A stretch of 64,000 nt of DNA, taken from Vitrella brassicaformis CCMP3155 (taxonomy: Eukaryota; Protista; Chromerida). The stretch lies in the NCBI GenBank assembly GCA_001179505.1, contig CDMY01000356.1, forward strand, positions 406,539 to 470,538. Reading direction: 5' to 3'. Shown piece by piece: positions 25,094 to 38,005 of this stretch; the stretch's first letter is position 1, and the number at the start of each line of letters is the position of its first letter. Below the pieces are notes generated by a model. It made no database searches. It was given only the letters and a program-made list of their open reading frames with translations, and had not been told where the DNA came from. The position numbers and the translations under genes were made by a program.

Positions 25094-25720
25094 CTTGACT
25101 GATCTCTGCAGGCGGGTCACAGATCAGATCTGTTTCCGGCTGCAGGCAGTGTAGCTGAGCAGCTATGAGCGTCCTTGCATCGGGGAGAAAGGGGAGAAGG
25201 GGAGTGGCCGGCCTCCCATGCAAGCTCGCAATTGAAGAGGGAGCGCGCGGCTTGGCAGCCTGATGTGATGTGTGTGGCCGCCCAAGTGCAGTGCATTGCA
25301 AGGGGCGTCGTTTTGCACTGCTCCAATGCATTGATGGAGATTCACAGATCGGTTCACAGTCTGACACCGTAGTCAGTCAGTCAGTCGGTCAGGTGTACGG
25401 TACGAGCCACACACACGCATCGGCCACTGCCGAGATCAATAAACGTATAGCACATAGCATATCGTGCTTGAACACTGACAGCATGACAGCATGATGTGAC
25501 CCATTCATCTTCTCATACGCACCCATATATTTGTATAACGGAGCCTTCCTTCACAATTAATGCCCACCAAAGGCCCAGCCAGCCTAGTTAGTCCCAATCA
25601 AAACAAACACAACCCAATCACCCCGGGCCCCCGCAAACCCACCCCGGCCGACACATCCATGCCACGCCAGGCATCAATCACATCCGTTGGCCGTGCTACT
25701 TACTGTCCCCCAGCCGCCCC

Positions 25721-28700
25721 TCACACCGAGTGTGCGAGACTCGGCGAGTACGCTGATTGTGCGGGGGACGGCAAAGCATGTGGAGGGGGTGGCGGGGGCC
25801 GTGACGGCGGCGGGGGTATGTTGGCTGCCGGCTCCGGGCTCATGGGCACCACATACTCATACTCTTGCTCCTGCTGCTGATTCTGCTGCTGCTGCTGATA
25901 GGGGACATTCCAGTCGGCTGGTTCGTTCATCTGAGGTATCGCTGGCAAAGGTGGCGGGGGTGGTGGGGGAGGGTGAAGGGGTGGGGAGTTGAGGATGGGC
26001 GAGCAGGGGTCATAGCTCGACTGGAGAGGGGGTCGTGGCGGCGCTCTCGACGGACATCGAGGACCCATCATGCTGTTCAAGAAGGAGGGGCCCCGCGATT
26101 GGCAGCCCGACAGAAATGGCTCCTGGTTCGGGGCACCTGTTAGTTAACAATCACAGTTAGTCACACATGCACACAAATGGCCGGCCGGCCATTCACTAAA
26201 CCCATGTAGTGTCGTGTGTACACGTGACAGATGCTCACGTGGCTCCTTTGGCTACCTCTATTGGCCACTTGATGCATCGTCAACGGCTCTCCAAGCCCAG
26301 CGTCGGCCCCCACATCCTGACCCCCATAGTACCCCATGCCGCCAGATGCACGATCGGCCTCCTGCTGCTGGTGGTGGTGCTGCTGCTGGTGCGGGAAGCC
26401 ACCACCGAACCTAGCGCCGCCACTCGCCGCGATTGCGTTCACAAGTGGCTGTAGTCCCTCCTCCAGCATGTGCTCATCGCGACTCAGCGACGGCATCGAC
26501 GGACGGTGGGGAGGGGGCTGCTGCTGCTGATGCTGCTGCAGTGAAGGGCCAGTGGGTGAATGCGGCGCGAGAAAGGGGGGCCAATCGTTGCTAAAGAACG
26601 GTCCTGGGCGCATCATGCCCTGCTGCTGAGGAGGGATGTGGTCGGGCTGCCTGTCCACGGCCATCATGTTGTTCATCCCCTCTCCGCCCTCCATCATCCC
26701 GCCAACGCCATCGGCTCCTGCAGCCCGGGCCTCGCTGCCGACCCCTGTCCACCGTGGCAAGGCCGAACCCAACAGATGGTCCCACTGCTGCCGTGGGACC
26801 ATCCTGTCGCCGAAGCCGTTGGGGCTCAACACGTCACCGACCCACTCCTGTGGCACTTGCTGGTTCACCGGCTCATAGGCGCCGCCCGAGGCGGCTGGCG
26901 TCCTCCCATCCGGATCCACCCAGCCCGCCTGCATGAAAGCATCCTCGGGCTGCTCTAGATCTGCCTGCTGCCTGCTGCCGGGGGAGGCGCCCTGCGACAA
27001 GGCGAGAGAGGAGACCAGCTGTGGTGCCGGTGGTCTGGGTGCCGGGGCCGGGTCTGCGTCGGGATACGAGACGTTTTGGCGCCGCCTAGGGAAGAGCCTG
27101 GCGAGTTGGTGTTGGTGTGGTCGCAGAGTATTGGGTATGTGGCTGCCAGTGGTTGGTGCGGGGCGGGGCACCACATGGGGGCCGGGTGAGGGCGTGTTGC
27201 CCATGAGTGCAGGCAGGTCGCCCCATCCCGGGATGGGGCGCCTTGCGGTCCTTCCGGTGCGTGGGAGTGGGGGTGAGTGGCGGGCTGCTCGAGGGCCGGG
27301 GTGCTGATGGTTGGTGCTGGTGACGCTGTCGAGCATCTTCATCTGCTGCGCCTGGCCGCACCAGACAGACACAGAGAAGAACACAAACCGGATGATTGCT
27401 GATCGATCGTGACGACTGTGGGTGTGTGTTGTGTTGCGTCACGTCATTGCATACATAGATACATACCGCCGATTGTCGGAGGTCCAGCCGACACATGGGA
27501 CAGTTGTGGGCCTTCTCGAGCCACACATCGAGACACCACTGCAGGCAAACACATCCATCACACTCATGATCTCCACATGTATATACACGTGTGAGTGGCA
27601 CGTGCCCTCTTTCCGTTCCTCACCACGTGGTATTTGTGCCCGCATTTGTCTACCCTTCGGATGAGGGTGAGGGTCTCGAATTCCTCATGGCAGATGGCAC
27701 ACACACCCTCCGCCCCCTCTTCAACCCCAGTACTCCTGCTCTTCGATGATGGGCGCTGCTGGTTGGGGTCGTCGGCCTGGCGCGGCGACGACACGGCGGC
27801 CGAGAATGGGACGGACGGCTCGGCTGCCGCGGGCGAGAGGGGGACGGTGGGGGAGTTGGGTGCGTGGTAGCCCTTGAGAAGGGCTCTCACAGCGGAATCC
27901 ATGTGCACTACCAAGGAGGTAGAATACCGGAGCTCCCTGCAGTCAATGAACAAACAGACACATACATACATACATCGAGTGGAATGGCTACCTCCCTCCC
28001 TCCCTCTCCTCTCCTCTCCCTCTGCTGCGATCTCTCTCTCACTGACTTGAGGGACAGCCCGAACCCCATGCGCATGTGCGGCGCGTATATCTCCTCATCA
28101 TCGTCCCCCAGGCCCCCCTCGTCCAGCTCCCCCTCATCCGGCGCATCATCGAAAAGGAACCCCTCACGGTCGTCGTCCAGGTCGACGGGATTAGAGAGCT
28201 CCCGAAGATGTGGCGGGCTGCGCTCTCGCTGCCCGTCCTGCTGCTCGTTTAGCTCTCTCCACCCGCGGAGACTCGGACCGGGTCCCATCGGCCACCAAAC
28301 CATCGAATCTGTCTCCCGGTTTGCCCGCATCAGCGGCGCGTGTGGGTCCTCCCTATCGTCTGCTGCTGCTGCTGCTGCTGCTGGTGCTGGTTCTGCCGCC
28401 GACCGCGCCCTGACCTCGGTCGCCGGTGGTGCTGGTGCTGGTGTTGGTGTTGGTGAGAACCATCGCTGCTGGCCGCCGCCCCTCTCCGCGAAGAACGCCT
28501 GTGCAAGCAGCACAGAGGGATCCACCCGAAGGCCCGGGGACCTCTGCACATCAGCCGACGATGCTTGAGCCGGTGGTGCACCACCGCTCATCTCGTGTCG
28601 ACGCCGATGCACCACCGGCGAGTCGAATGTTTCGAATCCGCCAGCATTCTGTTGACCATTGAATGACACACGCCCGTTGCCATGTTGGCCGCAAGCGAAT

Positions 28701-29083
28701 GGCGGAGGTCCCTGTTGTCCTTGCTGTTGGCTGTGGTTGTGTGCCGGCGAACCGTCGGGTGTGTCGGGTCCGATGAGCAGCGGCAGCGGGGGAAGGGGAG
28801 GGGGAGGGAGGTAAGGACCCACCGCGGCCGCATCGGCGGGAGGCGGCGGAGGGCGGTACCCATAGACAGCAGCGTCGTCGTCAGGGTCTGGCGGCGCGTA
28901 TGGGATAGGGGGGCCGCTGCTCGTAGCGAGTGTTCTCGGGTTGCTGGTGTTGCTGTTGCGGGGTTCCTCTTCTTGGTGCACGGTCAGCGTTCGTCCGCTG
29001 AGCTGCTGGTGCAAGATGATCTCGTGCTGCAGCACCTGCTGCAACACCTCATGCACCGCGCCATCCCGTGGATGCATGGACAT
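25721..29083 (-). CDS. RING-H2 E3 ubiquitin ligase with long Pro/Gln-rich disordered N- and C-terminal regions
   Basis: Spliced CAICHEEFETLTLIRRVDKCGHKYHV|WCLDVWLEKAHNCPMCRLDL is a complete C3H2C3 RING. Flanking exons correspond to ORFs 27908-29086, 26161-27384 and 25721-26080. Confidence 0.8.
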
Positions 29084-29701
29084 CACAGGGGGAGAACCGT
29101 ACAGGCGTAAAGTGCCGTCAGGTTGTCTCGACGCTTTGACGATGGAGCACCGGCGAATAAGGCTGACAGAATAGACAGCTGGGAGAGAGCCTTTGGAGCA
29201 GAATTGGCGAGAGAGTTGCGCGCTTTGCCCTTGAAGTTGCGATCCGAGACGGAGGTGTCACGCGCGGCGGACAAGGCATTGGAACAGTGTGTCATGCATT
29301 CCCTGTCTGACTCCGTTGGATGAATCGATTCACATGGTGCATCAATCAATCAGTTCATGAGCGCTAGGGAGGACAAGTTGGGGACAAGTCTGTCTGCCAA
29401 ACGTACCGTACCCCACTCAGTCAGTCATGAGAAGCACTGACATGACATGACATGACCGATAAAGGTTGGACACACAAACAAGAAACAACAAACAACCAAC
29501 ACGCACGTCCTCTGCACAGGCAGCTCTCTTATCTTCATTCATCGGACTGTGACCCCCTCACTGCCATGCACTCATTCACCCCACCCATTCCACCCATTAG
29601 CTGCTGCACACTCTCTCTGCACACTCACAGAAAAACTCTCGCTGCTCGGTGCGTCCCTTTCTACCTATCCTATCTACTGGCTGCAATGCCTTGCCCCTCC
29701 C

Positions 29702-32554
29702 TCACTTAGCCCCCGTGAGTTCCTCCTGGTTCTCCTCCCTGTCGCTCTCTGCCCAGGGGGCCATCCCCGCAGCTGCAGCAGCTGCGTTGGGGGACATGAC
29801 CATGGCCTGTGTGTCACACAGTGAACAGTGGACCATTTGCTTGGCGCGTGTGTGCATTGCATTGTGTGCGTGAGTGTGTGCGGACCGCTTCGAGCCGCTG
29901 GCAGGCACTCATGGTCTTGACGTGCTCTAGCTCATCGTCGCGAATAGTCGTAAAGACATCATAGAGATTGCTGACGGATGCACAGCACATAACACACACA
30001 GTCAGCTCATATCAGGCGGCATGGCACCAAGTGTGTGAGCTGTTTGTTGGGTTGGTTACTTGATCTGCGGTCGTCTGGACTGGGCAGGTCGTGACGTCTG
30101 GAACTCATCAAACATGTACAGGTCGCCCGACTTGTAGTACTCCATCGCTACAGCCGGGGCCGGCAACTGGGAGGGGACACAACGCACACACGCACACACA
30201 GCATATACAACACACGACGCAAATGGATGCAGGCAGCATCATTGCCCCTCTGTCGTCATTTGCTCTGTCTGTCTGTGCAGCAGGTACCCTACCTACCCGC
30301 TTCAGTATCTGCTTGTTCTGCGAGACGAATTGGCCGTATGTGTCGACGGCGTGCCACTCGATGAGCTCTGAAAAATTGTAGGCCCACGTCGGTGAGATCA
30401 AGAAGAGAAGAATCAGAACCTGCGCACATGACATGCACACAACGAAAGCAACCACCGCACCGCATGGCATGGCATGGACATCGCATAGATGTGTTCTCCC
30501 ATCCCCTGGCTGGCTGGCTGGCTGACCCAAGCCCCAAACGCACCCAGTAGTATACGATGGCGGCGTGTCTGGCGAGAAAGCGGTCGAGCCATGCCTGGTC
30601 GCCTCCCAGGCTCTCCATTATGAACAGGTGGTGCATCTCGTTCCACTCCTCGGCGAAGTGCACCTTCCGCACCTCAGTACCCACACGCCACCAACCTACA
30701 CAACACACGACACGCACCAACACACCACAGACAGACGCATGACGAGCCCCGGGCCATGTATGTCAGTCATGTATACCCCTCCCTCCCTCCCTCCCTCCCT
30801 CCCTCCCCATCAAACCAGTCTCTGACTGACCGAGTGTCTCATAGAGGTGCAGCATCGAGATGTATGCGAAATAGGGCATCCGCGCCACGGTCTCGAGGAA
30901 CCAGAACCGCTGAATGGGCCGCTCGTTGTACAGCACATCCAGCAGCCAACACAGGAACAGGTAGGGGATCTGACACAAACAAGACACAATCGGCAAGGCG
31001 CATGAGCGTCCTGTCTTCCCTGGTGGACCTGTGTGTGTGTGTGTGTGTATGAGAGAGAGAGAATGTGCCCACCTTGAGCAGCAGGGGTGAGTTGAAGTAG
31101 GTCTTGATGGTGTCGTAGTCGACCGCTAGGTCCGTGTCTGGTGGGGCCGACTGTTTGTCCTTGTGCTTCTCCAGCAGGAACTTCATCTTCTCTACTCTCT
31201 CCTCCTCCCGCCGCCACACGGCATCGTTGTCCAGACGCAATCGACTCAACTCCTGACACAACACACACACAGACACCCCACCGTCGAAACAAAGGCCTTT
31301 CATGCCTGCATGCCTGCCTCTCTGTACGTGTGAGAGAGCAACGCTCCTTACCTGCCGCAGCCGGATGGTGTTCTCATCTGTCGGGTTCTGCACTTTAGAT
31401 GGCGTCAGCCTCTGCACATTGAATGTGGCCAAAACGTCGTCGAGGTTGAGATCCCACCGGCGGAGAATGCGCACTATGCCAGCGAATGGCCCGTCCCCCG
31501 CCTCTGCATTGGCCCACCCACTGGCTGGCGCCATGTCGCCAAATCTTATGGCGCGACGGATGGCCAGCCACTCGCGCTTGAAGTTCCACACGCCCATGCT
31601 CCACCCATTCGCCGGCACAGCCATGTCGAGAGGGCCTAGATCCTTGTCGTCGCGATACCTGCACAGGTCACGTATGCATCCCCACGGCGATCCATACATA
31701 CATCAGCAAATAAAGCATCCATCCCCGATCTGCCCTCCCACCCACCCATAAGCGGCGGCCTCCCTCCACTCTTCCAGACGCTGCAGGTCTTTGTCTGCGT
31801 CCCACGCGTCGTGCGCCTCAATCTCGAGTGCACCCCCACGCGCCGCAGGAGGCACCGCCCGCGCCTTCTGGATCAGCTCAGCCGTCCACAAGTTGGTCAG
31901 AGCAGCCTTCAACGCCGGACGGCCCGCCAGGAACTCATTGAGCCGGTCCACCTCCCAGCTGATGTATGTGACGGGCTGCTGGGCGAAGACTCGGGCGGCA
32001 GGCTTACTGCTGCCGCTATTGCTGCTGCTGTCCGCTGGGCCCTTGTCTTCCCCTTGTGCGGACAGCAGCTGGTTGGCGAGAAAGGTCATCTCGCCGATGA
32101 AGGACGGCGCGGGCAGTGTGGTCATGACAGAGTCATCAGCGGCATCGCGGATGTCCAGGCTCCCGTCGACCAGGAGCAGCAGCTTGCCACGCGGGTTGCT
32201 GCCGACGGCTCGACTGATGAGTCCGGTGCCGCGCCGCCACTCGCCCATCCGCAGCAGGGCAATGGCGTCGTCCTTCTTGACAGCATACTTGCGCAAGAGA
32301 GCAGATCCATAGACCCGCTGCAGGTCCTCATCCGACACCTTCAGTGGGCCCTCTCCCTGCTGTGTGGTGGTCGGTGGGGCACTCACAGCGCTGCTGCTGG
32401 ACAGCCGTGCTTTGGAAGTGGGTCGGCCAGGTGCCTGTCCACGGTGATTGTGCAAGATGCGATGAGAGAGGAGCGATGGCGGGCTGACGAAAGATGATAC
32501 ACGAGATGCAGACACCGCCAAGAGCAGCAACATCGGCACTATCAGCGGCTCCAT
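29702..32554 (-). CDS. PTOX: Plastid terminal oxidase (alternative oxidase family) with bipartite plastid leader and an N-terminal cNMP-binding-like (Crp/Popeye-type) domain
   Basis: Di-iron motifs in order: [48 protein letters not shown]. Leader [21 protein letters not shown]|FVSP. cNMP-like domain [11 protein letters not shown]...FIGEMTFL...[19 protein letters not shown]. The two parts join in frame through an 87-nt GT-AG intron (31745-31659). Confidence 0.85.
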
Positions 32555-32847
32555 TGTCCCGATGAAAATCAGCTGATTGCAGGCGGCCACTGGAAGATCA
32601 GCGGGGGGGAAGCAACAACTCACAGGACTTCATTCGACAAATGACCGCACTCGGGGATCTTGATCCACTCGGGAGAGCTGCGAGCTTGAGGTGCAGCGAC
32701 CAGATCTTTCGGTCAAAAGTGGAAGAGGGTGTGCCATGCGACATAAGATTGACAAAGGTTCAAGTGAAGCAACGATTTGCACTGAGCTAAACATGGCCTG
32801 TCCGAGAGACTGTGCAGAGCAGGGCCACGCCCGACTACCAACAGACA

Positions 32848-34441
32848 CTAGCGACTCACTCCCTCATGTTGCCCCTCAGCATCCCCAGCAGCCTCATCTC
32901 TCCTCTGACCGCGGGACAGAAAAGTGAAGGCCTGTTGTAGCGACAGGCCTCCAGGCAGCGAGGGTCCTATAGGTGAGCTCCGGCGTGAGGGCGGATCGAG
33001 CGGCGATGCGGGGTCGCCGTGAGGCTGGGGCGGGGAGATGATGGACGGAAGCACGCTCACGCCGCGACGGTATGATTGGTAGCGGATCTTGGCGAGCAGC
33101 CGCTGGAAGCCTCGCTGCTCAGTGCCCCAGTAACACAGCGCCACTAAGAGGAAGAGGAGCACTGCAGTCAGAAGAAAGGAACAGGAGCAAGCATCGCATC
33201 GGGGTGGGTGGAGGTGTTTGCCTATCCCCCCCTCCCCAATCGATCGACCCCCAACTGACCGACAGCGATGACGGTGGCCACGACATAGAGCTCTGAGCCG
33301 AAAGGCAGAGGCCCTCCCGTCAGCCGCTGCAGCCGCTGACACTCAGAGTCGCACCTGCACACCCCATCATAGCAGTACTCGAAGCGCCCACAGGCCTCCG
33401 GACACTCCTCTCCCACCAGCGCCACATCCGCGCACACGTAGAAAGCCGATCGATCGCTCCTTCGGCTGCCCCCAACGTCACCGTTCCCACTCTCACCATC
33501 ACCGGCAGCACCTGGCTGCTTCGTAACGGATGACGATCCCGGAATCAGTGGCGGGAGCGGTGGGGGCGGGTAGCGATATCTCGCAGAGGCCATGTATGTC
33601 TGGTTGCGACTCACGAGAGGGCGCTGGGTGGCCGACAGGGGAGGGGGCTGCGGGTGAAGAAACAAAGGGAAAGACTGGAGTCTGGTCGGAGAGGAAACTT
33701 TAGGTCCCCTGCTGACCTGCCATTTGAGTTGGAATGTGCACGAAGGGCAGTCGACACTGGGAAGCGCTACAGCCACTGTATGCGAACCTGACGCGGACAC
33801 CACACCACACCACACCCACACCCACACCCACACACACAGACGCATGCACAGACAGACAGGCAGGTGTGTGACGGATGTTGTCTGTCACCCATGCGTGCGA
33901 GCAGAACACGCAGACCACCTCACCTGTAGTGTTGGCACATCTGAATGTGTACTGCTCGTCGATATCCAATGGTGCGCGTGTGGCGGCATCGAGCGGTACC
34001 AGCCAGTGCTCCTTCATGTCGAACACCGGAGCAGTCGACAGACCTGCACAACACACAGCAGCACAGACAGCATCCAATCCATCTGTCGCCTGCAGGTACG
34101 CCACCCCCTGACTGTCAGCGTATCGGCAGTGCAGTGCCCTGCAGTGCCTACCTGGTGTCAGGGCTATGCGGCAGCGACCTCGGAGTGGCTTCTGCACACA
34201 AAAAGGGGAGGAAGGGCAGCCGATGCACTGCACCCATGGGGTGCGGAATGGATTCATCACACACGTTTCTCACCGCGATATGGTACCGAACCAGCAGGTG
34301 GTTGCCGGCTGCATAGCTGCCGTGCGATGGACCCGCGTCGTAGCCGCCACACGGAGGCTGATGGCTCCTCTCAGAGACAGCGGCGAAAGATCTCGGCAGC
34401 GGCTCATCAAGGCGACCATATTGTATGCGGTTGTTGGCCAT
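32848..34441 (-). CDS. Single-pass membrane protein with LPMO-fold-like (Cys-containing) ectodomain, EGF-like Cys cluster and cytosolic tail; N-terminus unresolved
   Basis: Spliced YGRLDEPLPRS...PPCGG...YAAGNHLLVRYHIA|KPLRGRCRIALTP...LPSVDCPSCTFQLKWQ...FYVCADVALV, then ECPEACGRFEYCYDGVCRCDSEC, then TM ELYVVATVIAV|VLLFLLVALCYW. No in-frame ATG was found ahead of the candidate signal-like exon (about 34620-34530). Confidence 0.55.
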
Positions 34442-34786
34442 CTATGATAGGCACAGCGGAGCTCCGCAGATGCCTTCAGGACAGCGAATGACGATGTGTG
34501 CGATGAGAAAGCAGCTGCATTCGGCATACCTCAGCCGGGATCTCCGATGCAGATCTGACAGGTAAGCTGAGGGCTGTGAAGAAGAGAGAGAACCCGTTCC
34601 ACTTGCTGGGGTAGAGCCTTATGCGCGTGAAAGTGAGATGCGATCCGCATCTTCCAACTGGGCCGCCCCGCAACGGACGCCAGCAACGTCCTCTACAATG
34701 TTATCGTACACTGGACTCTCCTCTCCACCTTCCCAAGAAAGGGAGAACCGAAAACAGAACCTCCTCCTCGCACCAAGACGACGAAG

Positions 34787-35574
34787 ATGCTGCGCCTTCT
34801 CGCCTCGCTTCTTGCCATCGCTGCCATCGCTGCCACGGCTGACGCCGAGGTGAGTGGGGAATGGCTCACTGCCCACGGTTGACGCACCCAACTTTTTTCC
34901 CAGAGGTCAGTGGGCAAATACACCCTGGAAGTGGAGCACAGCGGCCAGTGCCTGCAAATCAGCTCGTACGATGCACACAGAGTGGGGAGAAAGGGGTGCA
35001 GTGCATTGTGGCTGTGGATGTATCCTCCCTCGTGTGTGTGCATTTTGTTATGCAGTGATGGAGACGAGAAGCCGGTGCGCCAGAACCCCCAAGCATGTAG
35101 TGGGGACGACAAAGGGGCGGTCTGGGAGTTGGTCCAGAAGAGGAGTGGGAGAGGGTTTAGCTACAAGGTATAGCGCATAATCCTCATGTGTCCCACACTG
35201 AATGCGTCTCTCTCTCTTTCTCTCCATGCTTGTGTGTGGACAGCTGAAGGTCACACCTGGTCAGGTGACGACCTGCCTGGCCGTGCTCAAGGGCAGCACT
35301 CGCGACAAGGCGGCTGTCGTCCACGAGAAGGCATGCAACGGTGCCAACTCTGACTGGAAACTCGAGAGGAAGGGCGACGGCTTTATTCTCCGCGCCGTCC
35401 ACAGCGGTGCGTGCACTGCGTTATGTTGCCATTTGATGATTCTACTTGTTGTCCGCTGTAGGCCAATGCCTGCACGTCAAGGATGCCAGTCAGAAGAACA
35501 ACTTCGTGGTGCTCCAAGGGTCGGAGTGCGACGGCGACCACTTCATCTGGAAGCTCAAAAGACAGAGACGTTGA
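34787..35574 (+). CDS. Secreted ricin-B-type beta-trefoil lectin-like protein
   Basis: Signal peptide MLRLLASLLAIAAIAATADAE followed by donor GTGAGT. Three repeats with HSGQCL/TCL...C...W (EHSGQCLQI...ACSG...VWEL; TCLAV...ACNGANSDWKL; HSGQCLHV...ECDGDHFIWKL). Stop TGA at 35572-35574. Confidence 0.7.
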
Positions 35575-35939
35575 GGGGAGGTGGGAGCCCCCTTGCCATG
35601 GCGGAGTAGTACAGCCGCCGTGCTGACGCTTTGGTGCAGCTGTCTGTGTGGGGTCGTGCTGTGTATGTATGATTGTCCTGACGTCTTGAGGGTGTGGGCA
35701 CACCAACCAATCATGTTAGCTGACACATAGGTGCTTTTCCCGTGCAGGGTCCGCAATTGACGTGTTGTCTATGTGTTCTGCGCGCCAACTGCGTGCGCTG
35801 GTGTATTTGTGCATGGACACCGACACATTACATGGGTATACGGGACAAATGAGATGAAAGAAATCCTTCGCCTCCAGTCTTCTCGCCCCCAGCCTCCTCA
35901 CAAGCGCGCCTTCCTTTTTCTCCAGTGCTTTTTGCAGTG

Positions 35940-38005
35940 ATGGCAGACCCCGAGGTGCCGCCAACGCCTCAGCCACGATCTGAGGCAGGGCGGTCATCAA
36001 GGCGGTCATCGTCACGGCAGTCCCCCCCGAGCAGAGAGAGCAAAGAGTCGGACAACCCCATCTACGTTGGCGTCTTCGCTGACAAGAAGGAAATCGATAA
36101 AGCCCGACAACGACGAAAGTCACAAAAGCCCCCAATTGAGGATGAGCGAGAGGCAGAGGGAGAACAGCCGCCCGAGACCGCTGCTGCCCCAAAGGCAGCC
36201 GCTGCGGCAAAGAGGCGCCTGCCTTCTCGTGCGAAAGAAGATGAGGAAGAGGCCCCCCCGCTCCTGAGTGCGGCAATCATCTTTGAGGACAAGCCACTCG
36301 ATGAATTGACTGGCGTACCACCGCCGGAAGCGCCCCCACTTCGCCCCTCACTATTGCGCCCTGAATTGCCCAGCGAGTGGCAGCGGTCGTCCGCCGATCT
36401 GTCCGAGAGGCCATCACGGCTGCCTGAGCCGCTGCCTCGCGGCATTGCTGGACGGCCATCGCCCGCCAGCCAGGAGAGGGACGTCTCTGTGCAGCCGCTC
36501 GAGGTGACGGTGAAGGCCAGACGAGCGTCAAAATCCTATTGTGCGTCGCGGATCCAGCGTGCGTGGCGTTCGATGAGTGACAGGAGGATATTTGAGGCTC
36601 TGAAGCAGCTGATAAGTTTCCACCAGCGGGGCGACCCCATGTTGATGCTGAGGGCATTCAATCCCCAGGAGGCCCAGCTGCTGGACCCCGCCATGCAGGC
36701 ACATGTGCGCTTCAGGCTGGGAGGGGCATGGCCGACCTTCCCCCCACTCCTCTACTACAAGATTTTCGTCCACGGGTAAGTGAGAGCGATGACTCATTGA
36801 TTGACACGATAGACAGACAGAAGTGTTCGTTCGTTCTGTGCACCTTGTTTACCTCTGTCTCTCTGTGGCGCGGTCCGGTGTGTGTGCGTCGATCCACCGA
36901 TGGATCATGCAGTCCGGTTGTCGATGTGAATGCTTTTGCCCCCCGGCCCTACCAGCTGACAGAGGAGCAGAAGAGCTCATCAATCCGAAAGCGTGCGGCG
37001 CTTCTGCACCGTCTGTCGTTGGAGATGTGGGACGGCCCTCTGGTGGACGGCAAGTCGCGGCTGATGCTGGAGGAGCTCGAGGGCGAACACTCGGAGGAGA
37101 GGCTGCGGGACTGCTGGTACATACGGGAGGAGAACAACGGATGGCGAACGGTCAGTGAGCCGATAGATAACGAGGGTAGCGAGCGGATAAAGGTGGGTCG
37201 ATGGATGGACATTGGTGGATGCGTCATGTGCAGGTCGCTGTGCGTGTGGACAGGGTGGGCCCTCCTGATGAGATTGAAAGGCTCACCGCACTCAAGTCCA
37301 AGAGACCGTAAGATCTTTGTCAATGCCACTCTGCCTAGATGGTGCATCTGTGGTCAGGAATTATCACTATTCGCGGCTTAAGCGTCGCCAGGATGTCGAG
37401 GCAGCCAAGAGACAGGTATGTATGCACACAGAAAGCCATCGCCCTCCTGACCTATCCGATTTCCCTGTGCTATCATCTCCACTCAGCGTCGCCTGGATTG
37501 GCTGCGAAGCCTCTATCGTGTGGCGTCTGAGGCGCCGGCAGAGGAGGAGGGCCTCGAGGAGTTGGCGGACATGACAATGGAGGACGACGCGCTCATCGAG
37601 TGGGCCGCCACCCTGCCGACCGACCTCAACTTCGACCACTACATGGTCGAGTGGACCACCATCGCCACATCCGGCCTCTCTGAAGCTGGCAAGCCCCTTC
37701 TGCACAGGTCGATAACGCCCTTGCCATCATCCAGGAGGGCCCACGAGGCACGGGAGAGACGCAAGAGACGCTCACAGGTGTCCCTCTCCCCGGAAGGTTC
37801 GCCGCGTGCGGCTCGGTGGAGGTCTGTGTCTCCCAAGCGGAGTGGGTCTCTGTTGAGAAGTCGGTCTGCGTCGATGACTGATCTGGCCGCGGCGGTGGGT
37901 GGGCAGGCGGGAGAGGTGGGTGGCTATCAGATGGTTGTGGAGGACACATCTGGACTGCTCGGCGTTGCGGGCACGAGATTTCTGCCGAGGCCAGAAGCAG
38001 CGTAA
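35940..38005 (+). CDS. C11orf65: IQ-motif protein of the C11orf65/MFI family; may continue through short exons to about 38385
   Basis: ASRIQRAWRS...GDPMLMLRAFNPQEAQLLDPAMQAHVRFRLGG...PPLLYYKIFVH; WYIREENNGWR; IEWAATLPTDLNFDHYMVEWTTIATS. A strong donor GTAAGT at 38001 makes the 3' end uncertain. Confidence 0.75.

Noticed and set aside
29123-29349. Short ORFs on both strands upstream of the RING-H2 gene
   Set aside because: No motif, no clear start context or splice link; most likely 5' UTR or promoter sequence.
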